The position numbers and the translations under genes were made by a program. From contig JAUFOQ010000001.1 in assembly GCA_040285855.1 (NCBI GenBank), positions 2,046,001 through 2,110,000 on the forward strand: a stretch of 64,000 bases of DNA, given 5' to 3'. The stretch comes from Eukaryota sp. GEM-RC1 (Eukaryota). Below the pieces are notes generated by a model that saw only the letters and a list, made by a program, of their open reading frames with translations, did no database searches and was not told where the DNA came from. Of this stretch, positions 13,400-27,714 are shown one piece after another. Positions within the stretch are counted from its first letter, which is position 1; every line of letters begins with the position of its first letter.

Positions 13400-14640
13400 G
13401 TCTCAGTTGGATTTCTTTCAGAACGACGGTTGACGCGGAAATCAGAATGAACTGACATTCTTACACAAATCGGGATTTTTCAGGGGCCGTGAGCAAGTAA
13501 GCTAAGTTCTTATGATCGCAATATAGTTTGATCCTGCGGTTAAGAAGAAGGTAACTCAAATTTGGTTGAGTTAAAGTGGCTACTATTGCATAAAGTTCCT
13601 TTTGGATGATAGGCCAATTTCTCTTGCTTTTGCTGGGTCAAAACAAACATAATGACCATCATAGCATACACCATTTACAACGTGTATATGATGAGAATTT
13701 GATGGTTTGGCATCAAAAAAGAATGGCATGAAAAGACACTATAGTTGGATGAGAAACTAGAACTCTTTGGACCCATGACGAACACGTAACGGTGACAAAG
13801 ATATGGTCACAATTATAATTATTGACTTTACCGTCCATCAGGATTCTTTGAGGATATATTGCTTTCTGAGGATAGGAGTGGCGGCTTCAACTTGTTCAAC
13901 TAGCATCCTTGCTTATAATCATTGATGCAAAGATCGCTGAAATGAACTCAATAATGTCAGCTAGACTGCAGGTGGCCAGAAAGAGAATTTCGAATCAAGT
14001 AAAATTAACACTTGAAGCAGATAAGAAGAACAGAAAGTGCGGCTGATATCCTTCATGGAGCTTCGTTTTCATCACCTCAAAATCCAATTTAGTATTAGTA
14101 GCTTTAACAATGTATTGATTTATAAACATTTAGTGCTAGTTCAAATCAAAATATAGAACATTTGTTTACCAAGTAGACTAAAGTTTATACCAACGATGTT
14201 GAACACTTTGATGTTTACACATTACAGTGTGTTGTATCCTAGTCGTCGACCATGAGTTTGTAAAAGGAGTTGATGATTGGCCCAGCTTAATCCAGATGAA
14301 CCTTGAGAGACTTTTTCTCAAAATAAGGTGACTTATAGCATTGAAAGTCTTTCAGTCACTAATACTCAAGAGTGCTCGACAATCCAATCTTAAATTTTTC
14401 ACGATTTCTCTAAGGTACAGTAAGAGATCAGATTCAATGAGAGTGATCAACCAGACACTATCTTCTTGATTCAGCTTTCGACGGGGACCAGATTGAGACT
14501 CAGCTTGAGTTGTGGTGAAGAGCTGTCTTATCCACTTGAAGCTCTGATCGACGCAATAGTACTTTGCTACTTCTTTTTGAGAGAAAGAAATACGTCCAGA
14601 TGGCAGGGCAAATCGTGTCTTCGGAGGCATGGACGTTTAA
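13400..14640 (-). pseudogene. Decayed Tc1/IS630-like transposase
   Basis: ORF 14352..14630 has HTH-like 'SQKEVAKYY..GPRRKL..LIESDLLLYLREI'; 'RILMDG' downstream; extent uncertain. Confidence 0.55.
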
Positions 14641-16699
14641 AGAACGAAATCAATGTCCGGACTAAGAAGCATCGTAAACTTGTATCTCATAAGTGAGAAA
14701 AAGAGTTACAGAAGACGAAAAGAGGTTGAAACAGGTTTTGTATAAAAAGGAAAAATGTGTGATACGGAAATGAAAAGCACTGATGCTGATTAGCATTCCT
14801 GTCAACGAAAGATTGTACGTGTACCTGTTTTAGAGTTAGTATTTGCCATGTGTAACACATAAGATTTTGTAATTCTTCTATAATTTTCTCGTTAGGGTAA
14901 AAAAGACTATTATAATAGAAATAGATTAAAGAATTGTATTTGCAACAAACACATCAAACATGGTCTAGGACAAAATATACTAAATGTAATTCCAGAATAT
15001 CTACAAATCAAATCAACAAAGACCGTTTCCACAAAGTACAAACAAATAACGGATAATTGCTGTATTAAGCGATCATCTATAATGATCCCAGAGCGGTTTA
15101 TGGCAAACTTTCCCACACATCCAGTGCTTGAGTTTAAGCAAACTAGCGATGAGAAAAGGAGCCAGAGAAACCGAACCACAATCTGCAAAAGACCCACAGC
15201 AGAGACCTAGAAATCAGCTCAGTTGTAAATGAAAGAAAAGAACAACCGTTAAGAACAAACAAAGGTAAACAGCAAGACAACTGCTGACCTAGGAAACAGT
15301 TCCTGAAGGGCCGTGAAGTGGAAGAACAAGATTCTATATTCGGAGTCTAGAGAGGGAATACAGAAATTTACTTGCCACAATAAATAACAAACAAGCTACT
15401 GTTATAACGAGTTATTATAGAATAATTATATTATTTCAAGCTATCGTTTCAATCTGAGACAATCAGACACGTCACGTCTGTTGTGTTCCACTGCACGTTT
15501 CTGTGTTAAAATATGAAACAAGAGATCATTGTTGTATTTATATCGTTAGACTGGGTGTAAGATTGAAACTGGGACAACGCTGTTTAAGATTTGACAGTGA
15601 TGTGTGTTGTTTTAATGATATCAAAATTTTTTAGTACATAGCATTTATAAATATTCTCTTTGTTTAAAAAATGGAAAAAGTACACATATACCCGTCTGGC
15701 GAAGTTTCAGTACATTTAAGCACCCACATCGTTATTTTTTGAATAGATATACCACCATCACTTACCTACATTTGAAGTAAATAATTCTGTTAATGTGGCT
15801 GACATAAAGAAACACACACGTATTCATTGCTTACAAGAAAACACTGTCCTAGGTTAAGATACGGGCATCTAACATTGAATGTGGAACAAGGAGAATATGT
15901 TTTGGTCAAGTACTTGCTGGTAATACGGCATTTATAGTTAACGTTCGTACTAGAACGTGTGATTGTTATCAATGGCAAGCTAATGGTTATCCACGTAGCC
16001 ATGGATTTGCTGCTTTATTCGTCTTAGACCAAACTATATAAGTGACATCAGTTGATAGTTACTACTTCTGATAGCTCCTCCTCGTCTTCTTCTTCGTCAT
16101 CCGGTGTAAGCCCTGATCCGTCAGGCAACCGAAGTCCCTCATCCAATATGGAAGGCGGTAGTCAAGGAGGCTCTACTTCCTCAGTCTTTGACATCGAGTC
16201 TTTGCTGAACAAGTTTAGACCTCCTAAAGGTTACCAGCAACATTACGCTACCACTTTTTCAGCCGAAACTAACCAGGAAATGGTTAGAAAACACGAAGGG
16301 AGAAACGGGATAAGAACGGGCACCTGATTCCCGTGAAAGCAGATTACTTCCAAAAAGTATGAATTTAAGTGATTCTGTTGACGGATATGTGAAAGCGGTG
16401 TGTCAAAAAGAAGCTTAGTATTGTTTTTATCGTTTGAATATAAAGCTTGTTTCAATAAGTGAGATGAAGAAAGATCAAGTAAGAGCAGAGAAGAACCCCA
16501 GAAGTAGAAGAATTTTAAAACTAGCAGAATTTATATTTGTAGATACACTAGCTTTCAATATCTGAAATTCTTCCATGAATTCTTGATTACTTCAAACCAC
16601 TGGAATCACTTTCGAACTGCCTACCGACACTAATGTACGGACCACCCTTTTAACAAGTACAAGAATAATTGATTTGTAATGTGAAAAGTAAAATAGAGC

Positions 16700-17003
16700 A
16701 GAACCTCACTTTTGGACTAACGTTTTCCACTGATGGGTGAACTGATCTGAATGGAAATAGTTTAATCAACTTCATTGTTTCTTATCATGGTGGTATTTTT
16801 TCTGGAAATAGAAGGAGTTGCTTTCAGTTCAAACGGATATTCCCAAACGTTTTCATTACACACATATAGGTTCAATCAATTTCCTAGAAGTGACCGAACA
16901 AAAGAGAAAACAACTCCACTCTGACTCCATACTTCAGGTAACCGTCGAGTATGGAAATCAATCAAAAATAATGGCAGCCAGTTGGGTACAGCAGTATCAG
17001 TAA
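16700..17003 (+). pseudogene. DUF659-type hAT transposase fragment
   Basis: 'LTFSTDG*TDLNGNSLINFIV' matches DGWTD..LINF; later 'ILQVTVEYG..MAA'. Confidence 0.6.
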
Positions 17004-18354
17004 TGAACAACAACCAACAAGTAATGCGTCATACGAGTGTCTGTATAGCCTACGTACAATCGTGGAATACGCATACGCTTACTCTGAAGCTCGTTCTTTA
17101 GACCGCGACAGTAAACTCCAGGCCAATCTTCCAAGCCAAAGGCATTAATGTTCAGTATAAAAGTAGGAAAATAAAAGCAATCCACTTGAACTGAAAAAAG
17201 ATACAACGGTAAGATAGCAATAATAATGTTACAATCTGAAAACAACCAACAATGATGAAAGTTACTTTTACCATTTAAACTATAAAATATTGGAACAATC
17301 AATTCATCTGTGGAAATAGATTCTATAAACTCCTCATTATTTAGATTCACTTTCGAAAGTAGCAACGCTGCAGAAATCCAGTTAAATTGAAAATATAACA
17401 AACATAAACCGGAACAAAGAAAATAAAAGTTGTTGGAGAATCTATAGCAACGATACTTCCAAGATTCACGACTATATCAGCAACATTGCTCTTAAGTGTG
17501 AAAAATAACAATCAAGGTTACCCTATCGCAAGTATAAAACTCAGCAGTCTAAATGACAAGTTACACTGTGGACTTCAGTGGTGAGTTAAGTTGAGACATA
17601 AGGAGATCAAGACTAGTTTTCAGTCCTTGCTGATGAGTAAGAAGAATCAGGAGCAGTGGAGAACAAACCTTAAATCTAGATAAAGCAAGACACAGAAGTT
17701 CATGTAATAACAAGTAAAAAGGAGACAACTTGAGATTTGAGTAGTAGAAGTGGAACAAACAGTGAACAAGGAAAGAAATAAACAAGGCAGAGATGACATT
17801 GATCACGTCATCACGCCGTGGACAGTCTGACTCTAATTTGATCTTTTACAAAACCAATGATATAATAAAGCTGCTATATCTTCAAGAGATCAATGGGAGA
17901 GATACCTAGCTAGATGTCAAGGAGAGAGAGTGACTTTAGTAAGGATCTGAAAAAAGATCAATGTAGAATGAATAGAGGCGGAAATACGAGTCGTCGGCTT
18001 GTCCCTGTGAGGAAATGACTATTGATGATATTTCAACACACAGGAACATCTTGAAAAGACTTATCGTGAGATGGAGATAATGAATGACGGAAAGATACAA
18101 AGAGAGGAGAGAACTCAAGAAGAGAGTAGACGTCGTTAGTTCCTGGTTTTACATAAGTAGTACAGTAATAATACCATTATAGCAGATGAACAATCTTCAA
18201 CGCAATGTTTGAACCATGACCATACGTCTTTATCGATCGTTATCATCATGTCCGTAGACTGTGTATTCTGACAACATTATCTTACACCACTTAGATTCGC
18301 TCGCAATTGCCCCTCAATGACATTCCCTTTTCTCCCTCTATTCATCTTCCATAC

Positions 18355-18895
18355 ACTGTTGGTTCCACTTCCAACCGAGACAATGCTCAGCTCTATATCA
18401 TCGGCGAATCTGAAACTGTTGGTGACTTTCTGTTCTCTTCTCTCTCTATGTTTAACCCCTCGTCGATCATCCAGACCTTCAAATCATCAATGACGCTCAC
18501 CGCGTCCTTCGTGAAATCGACGTCGTTCCTCCCGCTTCCAGAACTAAGATCGATCTAGCGCTAACATCAGATGAAGAAGTTGGTGACGGAACAACCTCAG
18601 TCATGATCCTCGCGTCTGAACTCCTTGCCTACGCTGAACCTCTCTTCAACAGTCACCCCACCATCATCGTTGAAGACTACAACAAGCTTGTCTCCATTGC
18701 TTTCCCCGTACTTACTTACATGAAACAACAGAAAGGAGGTTTCAAACCTTGTCATGTCTACTCTTGGTAGTATGTTTGTCTTGGTCTCGATCTCATGTAT
18801 AGTCTTCCAGTTGACGTTGTTTCCACCCTAACTCAGACACTTTATGATGAAACTAAGGAAATTGACATTAAGGAGTTTGTTAGAATAAGTATTAA
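18355..18895 (+). pseudogene. CCT3: CCT-gamma chaperonin 5' fragment, copy 2
   Basis: 'NDAHRVLREIDVVPPASRTKIDLALTSDEEVGDGTTSVMILASELLAYAEPLF..HPTIIVEDYNK' and 'ETKEIDIKEFVRI' follow CCT3 (..REIDV.HPA..TQDEEVGDGTTSV..; KEIDIK.YARV); frameshifted. Confidence 0.85.
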
Positions 18896-20799
18896 GTGGA
18901 GATTACTTCAACCAAGACATCATCCACTATCAAATGAAGAACATCATCAAGAATCCCTCGAAGTATCCTCTACTGAGTTATTAAGCACTCTGAATTGGTG
19001 GTTATTGCTCTTAAAATGTGTATTCAGACTTTGCCTTGAATTGTTAGCTCTAGTGAAGTTGAATGGGTCGTTTTTATTCTATTTGATTTCTCTCATTAAT
19101 GAATCAACGACATCCATGATGACGTGATCGATTCTTCTAGTCTAATCAGATTTTGCCATTTCCTTTTGTTCGATTCTTTGGTCCTCTTGATTAATTGTAT
19201 ATGGTTCTGATGTTTTACGTTTATTTCATGTATTTCTATTTATTTTCTGTATGATTTTAGCAGAAATTCATTATCAGATTTGATATCCAAACATGATAAT
19301 GAAAGAAATTTTTATTATTTGGTTAATAATCATTAAAGCTACGGTTTCAAAGCTGACAGATGTCTACAAACCTTGTAGATGTTGTCTATCGCCACTTGCA
19401 CAAAACGTAAATTTTATAAATCGAATTCATTAAGCTAAAAATGACTTCATTGGCTAATACTTAGTAATTTAGTCATTGTTTAATGATACGTTGGAGTACC
19501 AAAGTGCTTTATTCGCTTACTTCATAGCGTATTTGAGTTATTAGATTCCCTACAACTAAGTAAATCAAAGGCATGTGTAATTCCTCTCTTTCTCCATCAA
19601 CGCCATGTGTTTCCATCAAGTACCTGACTACTGTTGTTAGTACCAATCAGATCTAACATTTTCCAATCATTCAAAGTTGTTTGATCTATGAAATGACTAA
19701 TGCCAGCTGGATCAATTTCACACAATGCTGTCCTAGCAAGGTCGAATTTGTTCAAAGGAGTACCAATCCAGAGGTCATAATCGAAACGTTCAGTTTGTTG
19801 TCTGACATGAATGGCCCAATGAAAGAAGTCATGAATAAACTTCACAACCTCATAACGAGTGTCGTTTTTCAAGAACGGCTCTCTGTCTTTTTTCTTCTTG
19901 ATCTTCTTGGGAGGAGTCACACCAGATGAGAGAATAACAGAATCATGAAGGACATTGTCAGGACGTTCATCTTCAGAGGACTGACTTTAATCGATGTGAT
20001 TTTCAATCGATGGAGACAAATCAGGAAACTTGATTGATTGTCTATCTCTTTCTGCTTTCGTTTTGTTGGCTTCCGCAATAAACTCGTTTCTATGTTCGAT
20101 TTTCGGTTGTTCGAGTTCTATTTTCGACATGACCGTTGAGGCTTGATTCACATCACGAATGAAGTTCTCAGTCACACGGTTTTCGTGTTATACTTCACCA
20201 TCTCGGTAGGAAGACGAAGTCCTTCGATCCTCAGATAGGCATTAACCTTCAGCTCAGTTAACTGACTCTTCCGTCTCAAGAACTATTGGTTTGTTCCTTT
20301 AGGAAGACCCTTTTGACCTAGACTTAGACCTGGTCATATGTTTATTTCTGAAATAATTAGTATTTCACACCTTTTGGGAGATTTTTTTCGTCTTCTTCAC
20401 CATGAGGATAATAATTATTGACACCTAAGGGTGAAGATAATAGGTGTTCCTTTGGAAGAAGGTTCTTCGTCTTGAGGTTATGATTCCCTTGCAGCCGGCT
20501 TAGCCCAGGCCAACACCGGCCTATCTTTTTTTATGGGCCGTAATCTAGGCCCAACTAATTTACAACTTGCTAAATCTATTACAATGATCACAGAAATATA
20601 AGACTAATTTTATTTAAATAAAGTAATCTAGAAATTCAATACAATACAATTTCATTGTTCTCGTTCTGAATTGCTGTAGAAAAACTTAACTGTGATTGTT
20701 TTAAGACTTTCTTTTGGGTTTTTCAACAGTGCCCGATCATATTCTCCCGCTGTTTAATAGAAACTTTAGTCCAATGAGATACCTAATTTTTTCACGATG

Positions 20800-21402
20800 C
20801 TAATTCCATCTTCCATGAATCATGTGGCCAACCACAGAAAATAAAGACTCACAAGCAACAGAAGAAGCAGGACTTGCAAGGAACTGTCTTGCAACTCGGC
20901 TCAAATTCGGATACTTTTCGTTATTGCACTTCCACCACAAGAGTGGATCTGAAGCTGAAACTCTTTCATCAAGATATCTATCAAGCTCACTCTTGTTTTG
21001 GTCCACGATCTCACACTTTTCTTCTCTAACAGCGAGTGCTTTTTCTGCAAAATTGTCATCTTCTGAATCTGATGCTGCTTGATCGCCTGTCGACGGTATT
21101 TCTGCAGCTGGTGTGGAATTTTCCGATGTATCAATCATACTAATCAACTGTTCTCAGTGCTCTTCTTTGTCTAAGACTGCAAACTCTCTAAGCTTATTGT
21201 TTTTGTAGCGAGGATCAAGCAAAACTGCAGCAAAGGCAACATAGTCGGTAAAGTATTTCTGAAACTTAATCAATCTATCGAACATCAATTTAGCAGTCGT
21301 TTTGATCCAAATATCTTCAGAATTGTTGTAAATATCTTTGAACGTATTACTTACATACTTGTAAAATACACGAGTTTTCATTTGAAAAATACAAAAATAC
21401 AT
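20800..21402 (-). pseudogene. hAT transposase C-terminal (dimerisation) fragment
   Basis: 'AAVLLDPRYK', 'SELDRYL..DPLLWWK..KYPNLSRVARQFLASPASSVACESLFS'. Confidence 0.9.
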
Positions 21403-23104
21403 AAAATACGCTAAAATACAAGGTAAAATACAAACATATCAGTCCCCATTGAATCAGTTGATTAGTATAGTATTGATGTTATCTTCTTCAACGACTACTC
21501 AATGATAACGGTGCAGTATAAGATTGCATTCGTTTCAATTTCCTGCAAGTGGTTACAACGATGTCCAACAAAAAGTTCAAGGTTGATCTCCGTTAATTCA
21601 CTGATTCCAGCATCTGCGTTTTGCACCACGTCCCCTTTTTAATGTTCCAGAAGTTATGTCTTGGATTGGTAGGATGAATTGAGGAAAGAGACTACATCAT
21701 AGAGATGTTGATGAACAAAACTTGTTTCTTTTCACAGATTGAGTTTGATAAAGGAACTAAATGGTCTGGAAGATCTGAACCAAAAGGAGACTGCGTCTCG
21801 TAAAGGCATTTGATATCATTATAATGCACACAAATGAGCTGAAGAAGCACTTGTCAAGCATAATGGAAAAATACAGTAAAATACAGTTTGTATTTTAAAT
21901 CACACTGTTTGAAAAATACAAAAAATACAGAATTTTGTATTTTACAAGTATGTTTTTGTTCTGTTGTTTTAGCTGTTGTTTATAAAGTCTGCAATATTTA
22001 TTGGAAATTCAGTCATCCGCTGGAATCCGTCATCAACCCGTCACAACATCGTCGACGATTGTTGCAGTCGACGTGATGGCTGATTCGAGAGCGTCGGGTA
22101 CGTCGACGGAAGAGACAGTCGTCGACCCCCGTCGACTGCCGTCAAATGACAAGTCTAAGTCATTGAGAATCTTTGAGGTCTCTAACGAAGCATCTGTTCC
22201 ATCTCTAGAACACTGATCTTTGGTACTTTGATGTACTCAAATCAATTGTGACCCTGAACTCTCTCGAGACAATTGACTACAGTTGCAGAATACAAAATAG
22301 TGTATTTTTTGTATTCTGTTTTTTTCTGTATTATGTATTGTAGTTTTTTCTGGAAAGTGTATTTGTATTTTTATTTTTTGTATTTTTTCATAGTCCGAAA
22401 ATCTTCTTTAATTGATGACAATGACTGAAGTAAATGAGGAAAACATTCGATAGCGGATCTTTCTGATTAATTATATTATTGTTTGTTACAAGTGGGACAT
22501 GTATCATTTTAACAACTTGCAGAAAGACTAGTACAACTGTCTGCTGATTTTTGTAAACGTTCCAGTACAGCAACGGCGCATGCTAGATGACTAAAAAGTG
22601 AAACACCGATGAAAGTCAAGTAACAAAAATTGGAAAACGCTTAATAATGTTCATTCCAAAGAATTGAAAAATACCAAATCAAGTGAAGTGATGCAATCTA
22701 GTTTCACTACTGTCAGTCAGTGATGACGACTCAAAACGCTGATGAAACGAGCTGCACGACACTCAAATTGGTCCTGTTTTGAAGATGTACGTGTAGTCTT
22801 TGGAGACTATGATTTCGAGTTTTAACTTTGTTGTTCATGCGGTATATTATGACGATTGAGAACTAATGTACGAGACTTAAAGTGTCCAAAGTCCCATTGT
22901 ATAACCGTATTACTCCACGTCAGTTCTTTCCGTGGCCCAAATGAACATTGGATCTCTCGGTCAATTTAGAATCGAACAAACTATTGGGCTGATTAATGAA
23001 AAGCTGTCTAACAATGCGTACGGAAGAGATCAATCATAAAAACCCTGACGGTCAATCACGTTTGCAGTCGTTGGACTCAATACACTTAGTTTAATACTTG
23101 CAAT

Positions 23105-23776
23105 CATACCTGGAATATACAAGGGTTGACAAAATACAGATATAAAAATACAAAAAAACAGATACACAGTAGAGTACAAAAATACAAAGGCAATGATGTT
23201 CTATTATCTGTACATTAAACAGTGGACAAAGACAACAATGATGTTAAATGATCGATCACATGTACATGTATTTAGATTCGTTTCTATTTATACTATAATT
23301 CCTTGACCAAATAGAGACTGATCAATTGTCTCTCACTCCTAGTGAGACTCAAGTCTGCTTTTTCTTTTTTGTTGGTTTGCACCTATTTTGTGTCTTGCTT
23401 TTGGAAAAACCCCACCAAGGAGCAAATCGTCATCCAATTATTCCTCGACCTTTTCCCAGTAGACTACTTTGTTCGTCTGTCTTCTGGTTTGGATATGTAC
23501 ACTGTAGTGTTGTTTTCAATAAAAATTGTTATCTGTTTTGTTGCTGCAAAACTATTACAACTACTCCGTTTTGTGTCTTGATTAATATCATGTTTTTAGA
23601 CACTTCATTAAATCCGTGAAACAATGATTGGAGATAAAAGACATCCAAAATTTGTAACTTTTGCAGGTAAGTAAGTTCACAAAATTATTCGTTGAAAAAT
23701 ACAGTATTTTAATACTGAAAAATAGAAAATACAAAAAATACAAAAATACAGAAAAAAAGTGTATTTTCCAGGTATG
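23105..23776. mobile_element. Non-autonomous TIR element with AAAATAC subterminal repeats
   Basis: TIRs catacctggaatatac / gtattttccaggtatg (15/16); no adjacent TSD seen; the same AAAATAC motifs recur at 21.36-21.43, 21.87-21.95, 22.29-22.39 and 25.25-25.37 kb. Confidence 0.7.
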
Positions 23777-24273
23777 TTTAATACAGAAAAATACAAATTA
23801 ACTCGCCCTAAGACAACTGTCGCAAAAGTCATGGTGAAAACCTTTTCTGTTTTAAAGTATCAATGATCAGAAATCTATGGCTTTCACAACCAAACTAAAC
23901 ATAACAACACATCAAAAATACCCGAACAAATATCAAGAAGCCATTATTGGGTGAGCCGTCTTTTTCGAGCAGCTACCTTTCCAAAACACTTTTTCAATCA
24001 TGCCAAAAATTGAGATTTCCCGAAAACATCAAGGGATTTGAGTTATTGTTAATCGTCAGACGAGTTTGTGACAACAATAGATATTAAATTCATCAAGAAG
24101 AACTACTGTACTTGCAATTTATCTTCCAATAAAACACAGTTACATATTCTATTTTCATTGTCACCATCAAAAACTACTTCGTATACGAGAAGAAGTACAA
24201 TCAACACGAGATCTTTGACCACCCTATATTCATACTTCCATTGGTAGTTAAACTTAAACACTAGTGTTACCTG

Positions 24274-25031
24274 TAGAGTTGCCGTCGACTCGACTCAACT
24301 CAACTCAGATAAGTGTGAGTACGCTCGAACTCGCACTCGAGTCGAGTCGAGCGTACTCAGACTGCAGACTCAATGTCATTTTTTTAGCTCATCGTTTTTC
24401 AACAATTCACTGATCAGATACATATAGAATGTTTGTTAAACAAACACCAAGTGATGTGACTTTACTCTTGAATATAAAGATGGATTTACAACCTGTATGG
24501 TACGATTTTTTCTGACGTTTGAAGTCGATTATGTCTACAAAAAAAATCATAACGGAAGTAGAAATTACCTCATTTTCTTCTGAAGGAACATATATGAATA
24601 CCAAACTTTATTGTGAAGAGGTGAAATAGAAATTGAAAATAACTGTTCTAGTTACTACAGTACATATAAATCATAAAGGTAGCTCAAAGCCATTAGCAGC
24701 CCAAAACCTAACACTCACGAGGGCTCGTACAATTTTGGGGTGGAGATGTCATCATTAGTTGGTGGAAGGATTGGTAATGTAATGTATATTGTAACTTCTG
24801 CATTACTTTTATTTTAGTCCTTATTTGGTGTTTTCTTGTTGTGTGTTTTTTTCGGTATATTAAGCCGTTTTATCTTACACCATAACCCTCTTCAAAAAGG
24901 TTTTTGCATAGTTAATAGGTTATACGATGCCTTATGATCTTCAATTTATGTCATTAAGAACAAATAAAAACAAAAATTACGACATCTTCTTGAGTGCAAA
25001 CTCAGCGTACTCGACTCGATCGGCAACTCTA
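24274..25031. mobile_element. hAT-type MITE, 758 bp
   Basis: 11-bp TIR TAGAGTTGCCG; perfect 8-bp TSD GTTACCTG (24266-24273 and 25032-25039); ACTCG subterminal repeats. Confidence 0.9.
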
Positions 25032-25703
25032 GTTACCTGTCATGAAAAGTTGATGCAAATAAATTACAGGTCTAGAAAACTGTCCCGTGTTGCGTGTGAA
25101 GGACATTTCGGCCTTTTTGACTCTGAATGGTTAAGATAAGACTAATTGGTGTCTAGTTTGTTTCAAAATTACGACCAACGCGTAGAAATAGAGACAATGT
25201 AACAGTACATTTTCCTCCAAAAATTGCTCTGGTACTATTTTATCCATAAAAATACAGATAATAATGTTTTAATTCAGCATAAAAATTACAAAAAATACAG
25301 TCTTTATCGAGTCTGCGACGATACAAAAATACAGACAATACATCAAAATACATTATTTGTATTTTCCAAGTATGTTTCAGACCAATTCACTATGGACCAA
25401 CACAATTTAACGTGAATTTATAGTGACATACTGATTGTACCAGATTTTAGCCATGGATTGTATGGTTTGCCAATATTCCAATACGGTGTTTCCGATCCTT
25501 GAAAGTACTAAAGCATTTTTTTCCATAAGAAAACGAGATTTCTAATCTCTCAGTGAAATATATGCTTTTGCAAAAGAATGACTAACATACACCAACTGGA
25601 AGTATCTTAAGTCATTTGAGACATTCTAAAACGGAACAAATTGAATACAGAAACGTAAAGTGAGAAAGTGGTCAGAAGTCGTCAAGAATCAATTGCCAAA
25701 GTG

Positions 25704-26300
25704 TCAGATTTCTTTGGAAGCAATTAATCCAAAATGATAAGGTTCAATAACAAAGGGGTGTTTGTGTATCGCAAAAGGTAAGATTTTCAACTGGTCGAGA
25801 ATATCTTCAGGTTTTGGACGAATGTCAAGATCAGGACCCCTCGGAGTGTCGCTGTCCCAGTGAATAACTCCCACTTTCCCACCAGGTTAGAGTTAAAAGA
25901 TCTTGATTGAACTAACCGTGAGTACTCTGAAGGCTTCCTGCAGTAGTACTTCTGGATTTTCGAGATGAAGGATCTTGAACAGCATAATGTAATCAATCTG
26001 TGCTTCCTCCAGTCCTGTTTCATGTTCAAGAACATCTCTGATTTCAAGATGTAACTTGTTTATCCCATTTGTTCGAATTTCTTTGCTAACAACAACAGCC
26101 ATTTCTTGTTCTATATCAAAAGCACATATTGTGCCGCTTATTCGCTGCGCCGCTGGGATAGTAAAGGTTCCGTATCCAAATCCAATCTCCATGAGGTCAT
26201 GAACGTCAGAGTCAATCTCCATTTTTGTTAGTATCCCAGAAACATCAAAGACGGAGGCCCAGACTTCTTGTTCAGGCATTCCGCTTTCTCTGACTTTCAT
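25704..26300 (-). pseudogene. Class I SAM-dependent methyltransferase, copy with mutated splice acceptor (exons 26300-25917 and 25886-25704)
   Basis: EIGFGYG motif I and AFDIE motif II; intron 25916-25887 ends ...CTCTAA instead of ...CTCTAG; 6-nt deletion in exon 2; N->K in LFNILH. Confidence 0.75.
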
Positions 26301-26399
26301 TAAGCGACTGTTGTGACAGGTGATGTAGACTTAGAAACTGTAGAATTGACTCTGATGACTCTGATGTGGATTCCTCTCCTTCACTCTCGCTTCCACATT

Positions 26400-26920
26400 T
26401 CTTGACATCAGTTCCATCATTTGGGACGTCTTTAAGTACCTGTTTTCTGTATTTCATTCGTCCCGTTTTATCTCTGTTTCCTCGTGTGATCTCTCATTCA
26501 CTCTTTACTCGTGACTGTTCTTCCTTGTCTTTGTCTCTTTGTGACACTTCATGTCTTGATCGTCAGTACTCTATCACATACTTCAGGAATCCATGGTTGT
26601 TGTTCTAAGTTGTATATATAGACTTAACCGGGTAATTTTGTCTGAGTGCCTTTCGTGATCTTCTTCATTCATGTCCCTAGACTTGTTACGCCGTGGGATG
26701 TCTTCTCCTACTCTCATATGATCTTCATTCCATCATCTGTCTCTGTATCCGCGCGTGAACTATCAATCACTCATCTCTCGTGATCACTTCATCCTTGTTT
26801 TTGATGTCTCTTCTCATCTTTTTCGTCACTACTGTACCATTTGTTTCTGGAAATGATGTATGTTCTTCTTAATACACGCTTAGCCTTGGATTATTAACTC
26901 TATCACATGTGTATTACTAA
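26400..26920. repeat. Partial R1 copy (inverted)
   Basis: 26686-26917 matches 36909-37150. Confidence 0.75.
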
Positions 26921-27714
26921 TTAATTTTTATTGTATTCTATATGGATAGACGGTATCTGACGATCAAATACCAGATGTAAGGTAAAGACGGGGATTATCA
27001 GTAAGTCCAGGACTAAATTATTGAGTAGCTGACGGGTCTCGACGGGTCTCGACCGGTTGTTAAAGAATCAAAGTCGACGTGACCCAACCGAAACATTTTA
27101 AAAGGACGTCGACGTGACGTGACGTCGACGAACGTTGCGACCCGTCATGGCGAATTCCGTCAAATGACAAGTCTATTTCTCATGGTTGCCCTAAGACGAT
27201 ATTACGAATATAATGAACCAATAGTCAATTCTATTGGTCCGTTATGGAGTTGTTGATTTCAGACATTAAGCATCTTTTTGAGGATATCGTGTGTTTGCTG
27301 ATCTGTAGTAGTCCGGGTTTGAATGTTTCCACTTTTATACTTTCATACTATGTACTTAAGGTTCTAATATGCACTAGTTGATCGTGGTCCGACATGAACA
27401 ATGCCTTCTTGCTGAATGATGGAGACGATGACATAGTGTGGCTGACAAGAAATTATAAAATTAAGTCTACTAATTAGCGTTAGATAAATTTAATTCTAAG
27501 CGGCTAGAATTAATTAATTATGATTAAATAAATTTTTTCGCAACACTGCAATGAATGTTGCTTTAATGATAGTTTTAATCATAGTTTCTGTTCACTGTCT
27601 CTGTTCTATAAAATTCAAATTAAACAAACACACTACACAATGTATGTCAATAAAAATATTGTATTTTGGTGATTATAGCATTTTTAAACATCGGAAAATA
27701 AAACAGGTTAACGA

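Noticed and set aside
20490..20552. GC-rich hairpin-like stretch as a tRNA or ncRNA
   Set aside because: No cloverleaf or T-loop; more likely the GGCC-rich terminus of the adjacent hAT remnant
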